From Candidatus Arcticimaribacter sp. (GTDB taxonomy: Bacteria; Bacteroidota; Bacteroidia; Flavobacteriales; Flavobacteriaceae): 57,111 nt of DNA. Shown here piece by piece: positions 49,701-57,111 of the stretch (position 1 is its first letter; each line of letters opens with the position of its first letter). The stretch lies in the NCBI GenBank assembly GCA_042096495.1, contig JBELLO010000001.1, positions 1-57,111 on the forward strand, in the 5' to 3' direction. The notes beneath the pieces were generated by a model. The model worked only from the letters and a program-made list of their open reading frames with translations. It did no database searches and was not told the DNA's origin. The position numbers were made by a program, and so were the translations under genes.

Positions 49701-52700
49701 TGCAACAGTTTCTGCCTCTGATTTAGCAGGAAATCCGTATACAGACTCAACAAGCCTAACACTTAAGATAGCACTTGAAGAACCAACAGTTGTTTTAGAA
49801 AGTAATGATATTGATAATATAGTAGCCTATAATCAAGTGGTTTCCATTACAGCAACTTTCTCTTCGGTAATGCAAGATTATCCTATGCTTTCTATAGTGG
49901 CGAGTGATACTTATAATAATCAATATCTAGCCTTAGTTGAAAATGCTGCTCTTACTGCCATCAATTCTTCTACTTGGCAATACAGTTGGACGGTCAATAC
50001 CACAAACACTTTTGACCATGTATCGGTGACCGTTTCTGGAACAACAAATTATGGCGTACCCTATTCTGATACCACTAGCTTAAGCATAACAATCGACAAC
50101 AACCCTCCTGGGATAGAAGCATTAAACTACATCTCTAGTTCAAATAGTGTAGAATTGATTTTTAACGAAAGGGTATACAATAGCTTCGTTAATTATAGTG
50201 CAGCCGCTTCTATCACAACGGCTAATTTTGAGCTAAACTTGAGTGGTGGAACAGCTCAATTAGACAGTGCACAACCCTCAAGCATCACAACTAGCGGAAC
50301 TTCTTACCTATTAAATCTAGCCCTAAGTGGATTTATCAATGGGGAAGAAGAACTATTTATCAATTTAGCTTCTCCTATTTATGATGTTGCTGGAAATGAA
50401 TTAAATCTAGGTCAAAACAGTTATAGTGTCTATCTTGAAGACAATACAGCTCCATATATCACAAGCAGTGTTTTAGAGAACGACAACAATTCAATTACCC
50501 TTAATTTTAGTGAAATGCTATCTGGAACTTCAATGACTAACTTTGATAGTTCTACCGCTAGTTATACACAAATTAATATCCCTACTAAAACGACAGCGAC
50601 ATCTAGTTGGGAACCCTGGACAGAAGACCTTAACATCACAATTCCTACTGGATACATCATCACTAAAGTAAGTTTTGATTTTGAAGCAAAAGATCAAGGT
50701 TGGGGAGGAACAAACGCAAACGCTACCATTAAACTTAACAACACTGAAATAGGGAAAGCACAGCTTACCCACGATTTCCAGAATTTCAATGTAGAGAAAA
50801 CAGGAAGTTTCACAGACTTCAACTATGATGGTGTCAATGAATTAAAGTTTTACTTTATAGGATGGCCAGGGTGGAGTTCTACCACAAAAAATGGGATGGT
50901 CAAAGTTTTCTATTCGCCTGTAAATGTTGAAGCGAGTGACTTTAGCCTTTCTATAAACGGTGGAACAGCGAGTTTAAACAGTAGTACACCTTCTTCAATC
51001 ACAGTAAGCGACACAAAAGTGAGTCTAGGCATTCCCATTAATGGTACCGCTAGTGGAGATGAGATCCTTACTGTCAACACACTAGCCAATAGTCTATACG
51101 ATTTTGCTGGAAATACAGTATCTCCCACTAGTATCAATTTCTCACTTTATGATAGAGTAGCTTCTTTTATTACCACTTCTACCCTAAGTGATACAAATAC
51201 CCAAGTTTTAGTTCATTTTAGTGAAGAACTCAACACCTATTCAAACTGGGGAAATAACGAACCCAATGATAGCGGAACTGAAAACTTTGCTCATCTTACA
51301 CCACAAGGAATTTTCAACGACCATAGAGCAAACCAAACTTACCCCGCAATAATTGAGGTAGATCAAATAAGATCTAGCTTAAGTACCTTGACACATATTG
51401 GAGATTTTAATGGGCATAGTTATTTTGAATTAGAGACTTCTTACACTTGGGAAAATGCTAAAACAATTGTTGACGGACTTGAGGCAGGATATCTTGCCAT
51501 TATTAGTTCAGAAGCAGAAAAAGAATTCTTAAAAAACCAATCTTTGGGAGATATATGGATTGGATTGTATCAAGATCTTAACGACCCCAATTATAGCGAA
51601 CCAGCTGGTGGGTGGAAATGGGTGAATGGTACACCAGCAAATATCGACGGCTTTAACCTTAATGCCATCAAACTATCTATCAATGGGGGAACAGCTAGTT
51701 TAACAACAAACATCCCGCTTACTGTAACAGAGGTTAACACCCTTACTTATCTCGTCGAATTGCCTTTAGAAGGAGATGTCTCTGGTGAAGAAATCATAAC
51801 CATCGATCTAGTAGAAAATAGTTTGTATGACATGGCAGGTAATCCACTTTCTTCTACTCAAACTAATAATACGGTACAATTAAAAGATACAACCCAACCT
51901 GTATTTACCCTCACTGATGATCAAACAGACAATCAACTATCAGGAAATGAAACGGTTATAATTTTAGCCTCTTCAAGTGAGCCACTAATTGCTGCTCCTG
52001 TTTTGATTTTTTCTAATCAAACTAGCGCAACCATGTCAACTATCAATTCTGCTACCCAATGGAAGTATGACTGGACTGTCCCAACCGACTACAATGGTAC
52101 TTTAAGCTTAACCATTTTAGGATATGACGAAGACAATAATGTCAATAGTGATAATGCTTCTTTAAGCTATGTAATCGATAATACTTCAGCTAATGCTGAA
52201 ATTACAACTAATCAAACAGACGTATACTTAAAGGCTGGAGAGAGTATTACGGTGACGACAACTTTTGACGAAGCCATCTTAGGAGATTGTATTGTAACCG
52301 TTAGTGGCTTAAACACGAATGCTGTTATTGCGATGAGTGCTACATCTTCCTTCTTGTGGTCAGGAAATTGGGAAATTCCAGCGAATTGGCCAGAAGGTGT
52401 TTTTACAATCATCATTGACACTGCAACTGATTCCTTAGGAAATGCTTACACTGGAAATGCTAGTGTATCATTTATCTTAGACACTACCTCTCCTACCGTT
52501 GTACTTGAATGGGATACCGAAGAAACTACATTTAGAGGAGGAGAAGAAGTAACTTTCAAGGCAACATTTAGTGAAGCTTTAGCGGCTGCGCCTAAAATTA
52601 GCCTAGATCAAATTTTAATGCCAACAGAATTTTCGGCCACTGCAAGTGAAAGCATTTGGCAATATGAATTCACCGTTCCTTCTGGACTTAATACCACTTC

Positions 52701-55700
52701 TTTGATAAGTATTAATGCCTTTGATAAAGCGGGGAATGAAATGCAATACAGCTATCCCGATCCTATCACCATTGATAGTAAATCACCTATTGTAGAAAAT
52801 ATTACTTTGTCTAGCGATAACAAGACTTTACAATTAATCTTTGACGATCTAATCTACAACGATCAAGGAAGTTCAACCTTAACCCTAGATAGTTTCTCTT
52901 TTGCTATAAACGGAGGTTCGCTCAATCCAAACGATATTATAATCTCTGCCATTAGTGTAGATCAAAAAACAGTTAACCTTACCCTAGACTATAATAACAA
53001 TGCTAGTGGGGAAGAAACCCTCCTCTTAGAAATAAAGGAAAATCAACTATTCGATCTCGCTGGAAATACCGTTTCGAGTCAACAAGTAACGAATAGCATT
53101 CAACTCAATGATACTACTGCTCCCTACTTAATTGCTATTGAGTTAATTGCAGAAAATAGTGTTTTATTAACTTTTAATGAAGAAGTCTCTGCGAGCCAAA
53201 ATGCCACATCTAGTCTTAACAAGGTTAATTTTACGCTTGCCTCAGATCTAGCCTCCTCTACTGCCATTGCGAGCGAAGCAGACGAAGTAATTCAAAACGG
53301 CAAAGAGGTAGAAATTAAATTTAGCCTTTTAGCCCCTGTTAGCAGTGGTGAAAAACTAGTTATTCAACTCGCTACACAAATCTTTGATCTCAGCGGTAAT
53401 GCAACAGATACACTTTACATCAACAATCGAGTAGAGCTGATTTTAGATCGAGATCAAGACGGTGTAATAGACGAATTAGATCAATGCCCAGATACGGCAG
53501 CTGGTCAAGCAGTAGACGAAAATGGCTGTAGCTTTAATCAAAGAGATGACGATCAAGATGGTGTTAACAATGGCCGTGACAAATGTCCTGATACTCCTGA
53601 TGGAGAAACCGTAGATAATGAGGGTTGTACCGCCTTACAACGAGATCAAGATCAAGATGGAGTAGATTTTACCATTGACCAATGTCCAGAAACTCCTAAT
53701 GGTCAAATTGTTGATGAAAAGGGTTGTGCAGTTCAAGACCAAGACCAAGATTTAGACGGTGTCCCTAATGATTTAGATGAATGTCCTGACACACCAATTA
53801 ATGAAAAGGTAGATGAAAAAGGCTGCGCCGAAATTCAAATTGACAGTGATCTTGACGGTATTCCTAACGAACAAGACGCTTGTCCAGAAACTCCCTTTGG
53901 CCTTGCTGTAAATGAAAGTGGTTGCAGTGAAAAAGAAGCTGAAATCAAAGAAGAACAAGGAGATGACGATCAAGACGGCGTGATCAATATTTTAGATAGA
54001 TGTCCAGAAACCCTTGCAGGAACTACCGTTGACTTAAATGGCTGTTCTATTGAAGAAGCTACCGCTATTGCCATTACAGATGAAGATTTTGATGGCGTTG
54101 AAAACGAAAAAGACCTTTGTCCCAATACAGAAAAAGGGGCAATAGTGAACGCCTTTGGATGTCCATTGAGTGAAATTGATAGTGACTTTGACAAAGTAAG
54201 TGACGATATCGATCGTTGCCCCAATACCCCAGTGGGTGAACAAGTAGATGAATACGGTTGCTCTGAGTCGCAAAAAGAAAATGACACCGATTTAGACGGT
54301 GTAGAAAACGATAAAGACCGTTGCCCTAACTCTCCCTTTGGAGAAGAGGTAAATGAAAACGGTTGTACCCTTGCAGAAGCAGAAGCTGATCTTGATTTAG
54401 ACGGAGTTCTAAATGAAGACGATCTTTGTCCAGATACACCCCTAGAAGACGAAGTTGATGAAAACGGATGTTCTCAAGCGCAAAGAGACGACGACAACGA
54501 CGGTGTTCCAAATGGGCTTGATCGCTGTGAAGATACTCCTGAAGATGAGAAAGTAGACCAATATGGTTGTTCTGAAAATCAATTGGATACAGACGATGAT
54601 AACGACGGAGTAAAAAACAGCTTAGACAAATGTCCTAACACTCCAGAAGGTGTCCCAATAGACGAAAATGGATGTCCTTATAAAGCAGCTAAAATCTACA
54701 GTCAAAGTTTTGAACAAATCGAAAATAAACGTGACGACGATGTTTCTAACGTTAATATACTCCTAGGTGAAATCGTAGTAGAAGACACGAATAAAGCAGA
54801 AAACATATTCGACAATACCGTTGAGTTAACCATAATTGAGGGGCAAGACAATGCACTCTTTAAACTTGAAGGAAGACAACTTTATTTAATTGGAGGACTT
54901 GATTTTGAAGAAAAAACAGCCCATAAATTTACCCTTCAAGCAACAAATGATAAGGGAATTGTTAGCACAAAAGAAATTATTCTAGAGGTAATTGATATCC
55001 CCAATTCTGTTTCTAGATCAAGCTTTAATATTTTAGTTTTCGATGTTCAAAATGAGCAAACCGGTTCAAAAGTAGGTTATGATCGTTATTTTAATCCAAA
55101 AGCAGATCGAGGGGTTGGAAAATGGAAAATCAAAAAGAAAATTGTTGGTGGAAATGACGCCAGTCTTTTTGAAGTCAAAACAGAAGTTTTGCAAGACGGA
55201 AAGAATGAAGTTTACAATGACTACCTAGACTTTATCTCTCCGCCTGACTATGAAAATCCTGTAGATCACAACAGGGATAATATCTATGAAGTTGATGTAA
55301 TTAATATCAATACAGAAGATGGAGATTCTACCCAACCTATTCCTGTAACACAAACCAATATTGTTGTTCCAGAGAATAACCCTACAACTATTGAATTACA
55401 ATCTTTCCCTGCTGCACCTACAGATGACACAGATGGTGACGGGGTGCCAGACATTACAGATAATAGTCCATTTGTTCCCAATGCAAATCAAGCTGACAGC
55501 GATGGAGACGGGGTTGGAGATGTAACAGACGATGCTGACCACGACGGGGTTTGGAATCCATTTGACGAATGTAACGATACACCATACAACACCATAGTAG
55601 ATGCTAAAGGGTGTGCCATTTTCTACCTGTCTCCCACTAGCTTTAACATTAGTACATCAGAAAAATGTGTGGGTCAAAACAGCATTAATATTGGTTTTGA

Positions 55701-56343
55701 TAATGCCAATTATCAATACAACGTTCATCTAGATGGTATTGCTCAAAACCAGAACCCTATTAGCGATACGTCTTGGTCTGTCCCACAACTCTCTTCTGGA
55801 GATTATGAAATTTGTATTACCGTTGAAGGACAAACTGTTGAAACTTTCCAGCGTTGTTATACCGTTAATATCACCGATCCACAACCATTAAGTGTATATG
55901 GAAAAAGCGTTAATAGAGGTAAAACAATTAATTATACCCTTGAAGGAGGTAAAGTTTATACGATTACTCATAATGGACAGTCATTCCAGACAGATCAAAA
56001 ACAAGTAAGTATTGATTTAGAAAATGGAATTAACCAAGTGAAAATCACAACTGGAATTGAATGCCAAGGTGTTTTCATAGAAAATTATTTCAATTCTGCA
56101 GAAGTATTTTTAAGCCCACTCCCGTTTAATGAGCAGCTTAATGTTTTTGTAGGGGGGCAAGACACAGAACTCAATTTTGAACTTTATACCACAAATGGTC
56201 GATTGATTCAATCTATCAAAAAAAGAATGTCTTCAACGCAAAGAACAATACAAATCAATACTGCTCACCTTAGACAAGGAAGCTATATTTTAAAAACTAC
56301 GGGGGCCACTACCCTAACCTCTGAATTAATCATCAAGGAATAA
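46786..56343 (+). CDS. Giant T9SS-secreted adhesin (GLUG, Ig/SwmB-like, C-type lectin, TSP3, cadherin-like, type A CTD)
   Basis: 3185 aa; signal peptide; VGGIVG repeats; LSINGGTA/D.AGN stalk repeats; D.D.DG..C repeats; LDFE/PDYE; CTD-like end (P.P...LYT..GR..L..G.YILK..IIKE). Confidence 0.9.
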   Translation: MGNNSTLKNTFLFSLLLIFMGSISYAQNDFDKPVLTEFSISPSQVDISSGGVTVTAYIRVSDTSGITTPTGGPEVFSTNIIGNYIRFSTWTLIQGDTFNGVYEATALIDPTKVPSGDFSVDEERNSFNDNVGLSPDGIQNVTLSVTNNSEADFDKPVLTEFSISPSQVDISSGGVTVTAYIRVSDTSGITTPTGGPEVFSTNIIGNYIRFSTWTLIQGDTFNGVYEATALIDPTKVPSGDFSVDEERNSFNDNVGLSPDGIQNVTLSVINYYGTQAPASGDGTESNPYEIDSFSDLWWLSQNSGRWGYHYIQTADIDASSSSYLDSGKGFTPIGNTNTKFTGSYDGQGFSVDNLFIARVQDNEIGLFGYVENGILKNINLYKPNITGDIRVGAIVGELVNNSNQFLSNHVKEGYVLGNTTTGGLVGRLGSYSQVHESSYTGTVTGYPSSQNFNGGGEPKNIGGLIGKIKPNGVLKKSFFEGYVYGVSYVGGIVGTNSGNEISNSYSIGKVIGENVFVGGISGSSGFFNSSSGRIHNYTSTVVQSIANSSLVGPIVGNQATSSGYSYEGADNFWNSTNNNLTSAGGNIDFPKSTEELKTTSTYTDEGWDFDNTWMITGNMNDGFPILRGNNELNLQNIDFDYSTSQLIITLTHPVYEAGETPPSTADFIFSLEDPNSTVTGSTASLVSSTALDLTISSDLKTLSFIVSTTGTFDGDEELKMSPSDEEDEDIYISYYLTQDNESPTLLALTSNALNNSVQVSDTIIITANFSESMASTPSLILSTSPATVVEMSSSNYGVEALNQFNTTSGASAGGTDQWQSFTVSETGQLSKVAWRMANPVIDGAPQPISIKVYRGEGTAGTLVAESQGLFTPAYKDENGNYISGEYIFFDLSADNVNVSANETLSIRLTLTDGNQNVGFLSLSTANPYAGGRGSNDTDWDYLFKTYVRPTANGTENWNYQWIIPPTNLTEISATVSASDLAGNPYTDSTSLTLKIALEEPTVVLESNDIDNIVAYNQVVSITATFSSVMQDYPMLSIVASDTYNNQYLALVENAALTAINSSTWQYSWTVNTTNTFDHVSVTVSGTTNYGVPYSDTTSLSITIDNNPPGIEALNYISSSNSVELIFNERVYNSFVNYSAAASITTANFELNLSGGTAQLDSAQPSSITTSGTSYLLNLALSGFINGEEELFINLASPIYDVAGNELNLGQNSYSVYLEDNTAPYITSSVLENDNNSITLNFSEMLSGTSMTNFDSSTASYTQINIPTKTTATSSWEPWTEDLNITIPTGYIITKVSFDFEAKDQGWGGTNANATIKLNNTEIGKAQLTHDFQNFNVEKTGSFTDFNYDGVNELKFYFIGWPGWSSTTKNGMVKVFYSPVNVEASDFSLSINGGTASLNSSTPSSITVSDTKVSLGIPINGTASGDEILTVNTLANSLYDFAGNTVSPTSINFSLYDRVASFITTSTLSDTNTQVLVHFSEELNTYSNWGNNEPNDSGTENFAHLTPQGIFNDHRANQTYPAIIEVDQIRSSLSTLTHIGDFNGHSYFELETSYTWENAKTIVDGLEAGYLAIISSEAEKEFLKNQSLGDIWIGLYQDLNDPNYSEPAGGWKWVNGTPANIDGFNLNAIKLSINGGTASLTTNIPLTVTEVNTLTYLVELPLEGDVSGEEIITIDLVENSLYDMAGNPLSSTQTNNTVQLKDTTQPVFTLTDDQTDNQLSGNETVIILASSSEPLIAAPVLIFSNQTSATMSTINSATQWKYDWTVPTDYNGTLSLTILGYDEDNNVNSDNASLSYVIDNTSANAEITTNQTDVYLKAGESITVTTTFDEAILGDCIVTVSGLNTNAVIAMSATSSFLWSGNWEIPANWPEGVFTIIIDTATDSLGNAYTGNASVSFILDTTSPTVVLEWDTEETTFRGGEEVTFKATFSEALAAAPKISLDQILMPTEFSATASESIWQYEFTVPSGLNTTSLISINAFDKAGNEMQYSYPDPITIDSKSPIVENITLSSDNKTLQLIFDDLIYNDQGSSTLTLDSFSFAINGGSLNPNDIIISAISVDQKTVNLTLDYNNNASGEETLLLEIKENQLFDLAGNTVSSQQVTNSIQLNDTTAPYLIAIELIAENSVLLTFNEEVSASQNATSSLNKVNFTLASDLASSTAIASEADEVIQNGKEVEIKFSLLAPVSSGEKLVIQLATQIFDLSGNATDTLYINNRVELILDRDQDGVIDELDQCPDTAAGQAVDENGCSFNQRDDDQDGVNNGRDKCPDTPDGETVDNEGCTALQRDQDQDGVDFTIDQCPETPNGQIVDEKGCAVQDQDQDLDGVPNDLDECPDTPINEKVDEKGCAEIQIDSDLDGIPNEQDACPETPFGLAVNESGCSEKEAEIKEEQGDDDQDGVINILDRCPETLAGTTVDLNGCSIEEATAIAITDEDFDGVENEKDLCPNTEKGAIVNAFGCPLSEIDSDFDKVSDDIDRCPNTPVGEQVDEYGCSESQKENDTDLDGVENDKDRCPNSPFGEEVNENGCTLAEAEADLDLDGVLNEDDLCPDTPLEDEVDENGCSQAQRDDDNDGVPNGLDRCEDTPEDEKVDQYGCSENQLDTDDDNDGVKNSLDKCPNTPEGVPIDENGCPYKAAKIYSQSFEQIENKRDDDVSNVNILLGEIVVEDTNKAENIFDNTVELTIIEGQDNALFKLEGRQLYLIGGLDFEEKTAHKFTLQATNDKGIVSTKEIILEVIDIPNSVSRSSFNILVFDVQNEQTGSKVGYDRYFNPKADRGVGKWKIKKKIVGGNDASLFEVKTEVLQDGKNEVYNDYLDFISPPDYENPVDHNRDNIYEVDVININTEDGDSTQPIPVTQTNIVVPENNPTTIELQSFPAAPTDDTDGDGVPDITDNSPFVPNANQADSDGDGVGDVTDDADHDGVWNPFDECNDTPYNTIVDAKGCAIFYLSPTSFNISTSEKCVGQNSINIGFDNANYQYNVHLDGIAQNQNPISDTSWSVPQLSSGDYEICITVEGQTVETFQRCYTVNITDPQPLSVYGKSVNRGKTINYTLEGGKVYTITHNGQSFQTDQKQVSIDLENGINQVKITTGIECQGVFIENYFNSAEVFLSPLPFNEQLNVFVGGQDTELNFELYTTNGRLIQSIKKRMSSTQRTIQINTAHLRQGSYILKTTGATTLTSELIIKE
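46869..47590 (+). repeat. Near-perfect tandem direct repeat, 369-bp period (123 aa), inside the adhesin
   Basis: 46869-47221 matches 47238-47590; the only difference I found is one synonymous GAT/GAC. The identical minus-strand ORFs 46900-47202 and 47269-47571 agree. Confidence 0.95.
53446..54678 (+). repeat. Twelve thrombospondin type-3-like Ca2+-binding repeats
   Basis: D.D.DG(V/I)....D.CP.T.....V...GC units of about 33-40 aa, counted by eye. Confidence 0.9.
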
Positions 56344-56344
56344 C

Positions 56345-57111
56345 ATGTTACGTAATCTCATTTTTTCTACTTTTTTCTTATTCTTCACCCCATTATTATG
56401 GGCAAATGAATCTATTATTTCTTCATTAAATGAAACAATATCAGTCAACTCTCTTTTAAATACTTGTACCATATCTATTAGTGGCGTTCAAGGATCGATT
56501 AGTGGACAAACGTTGGCCTATCAAGAATCACTAGAGCCTATTGTCATAAGCTTTGTGACAGATTGTAGCGAAAATTTAGTTTTAAACTTTGCACCTGGCC
56601 AGCTTCCCTCAGGGATCAACTATACTTTTGCCAATAATCAACTTGTTATTGGAGGGACAATAGAAGATGAAACCCCGCAAGAATATACCTGGACAGCTGA
56701 AGTCAACAACAGCATCCCTGCAGATGAAACAAATCCAGCGGTGAGTGCAACAACCTCTATCAGTTTAAGCGGTTCTATTACAGTAATTTCACCAACACCA
56801 AACGACTTTGAAGGTCCTGTTATGTCAGAATTTTCCCTTTCACCGAGTTCAATTGATCTATCTAACGGCTCTGTAACAGTAACTGCTACCGTTAGAATTA
56901 CAGATCAAACAGGGGTAGTAACTCCCAGTTCAAATTATGGTGGGGCCTATATCACGGGAACCCCCAGTGGAAATATTTATTTCTCTCATTGGGTCAGAGT
57001 GAGTGGCGATCAATTTGATGGAATTTATAAATGTTTTAAAACCATTGAACCAGATCAAATTCCTGAGGGTGATTACACCCTAAGGGCAGAAAGAACTAAT
57101 ATTAATGACCT
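56345..57111 (+). CDS. 5' part of a second secreted adhesin-like protein, truncated by the window edge
   Basis: ATG 1 nt after the upstream stop; MLRNLIFSTFFLFFTPLLWA signal; frame open to the window end; from 56804 a diverged copy of the 123-aa repeat domain. Confidence 0.85.
   Translation, partial: MLRNLIFSTFFLFFTPLLWANESIISSLNETISVNSLLNTCTISISGVQGSISGQTLAYQESLEPIVISFVTDCSENLVLNFAPGQLPSGINYTFANNQLVIGGTIEDETPQEYTWTAEVNNSIPADETNPAVSATTSISLSGSITVISPTPNDFEGPVMSEFSLSPSSIDLSNGSVTVTATVRITDQTGVVTPSSNYGGAYITGTPSGNIYFSHWVRVSGDQFDGIYKCFKTIEPDQIPEGDYTLRAERTNIND

Noticed and set aside
53446-54678. Regular ~100-bp periodic repeats as a CRISPR array
   Set aside because: They are in-frame, degenerate protein repeats with no conserved DNA repeat and no cas genes.

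Overview
AT-rich window from a marine Flavobacteriaceae-like (Bacteroidota) genome, inferred from SusC/SusD genes, a T9SS C-terminal sorting domain and A-rich leaders without Shine-Dalgarno motifs. It has four blocks. (1) An alginate utilisation locus on the minus strand, about 1-22.5 kb: tandem-domain PL7 lyase, kdgF, susC, susD, PKD lipoprotein, GntR/FadR regulator, ExuT-like MFS, DEH reductase-like SDR, kdgK and kdgA, then kduD, a PL6 lyase and an atypical Nramp. A 3.7 kb insert separates the two parts, and repeated TGG-N4-CCA operator-like boxes link them. (2) A mixed block: tandem SnoaL protein, SGNH esterase, kynureninase and an ECF sigma/anti-sigma/Spy-like triplet with two matching ECF-type promoters. 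(3) An ~18 kb lipid-catabolic cluster (27.2-45.1 kb): thiolase, MFS, Baeyer-Villiger monooxygenase, acyl-CoA ligase, a SusD-less TonB-dependent receptor with long apolar insertions, four SDRs, a strictosidine-synthase-like hydrolase, MaoC, an APH-family kinase and a heteromeric acyl-CoA dehydrogenase pair. This is the best candidate for an undescribed system, a 'lipid utilisation locus'. (4) A secreted amidohydrolase and a 3185-aa T9SS adhesin with a near-exact internal duplication (369-bp period), passenger domains nested inside stalk repeats and a circularly permuted C-type lectin, followed by the start of a related protein. No rRNA, tRNA, CRISPR or IS element was recognised. All family calls come from motif reading, not database searches.
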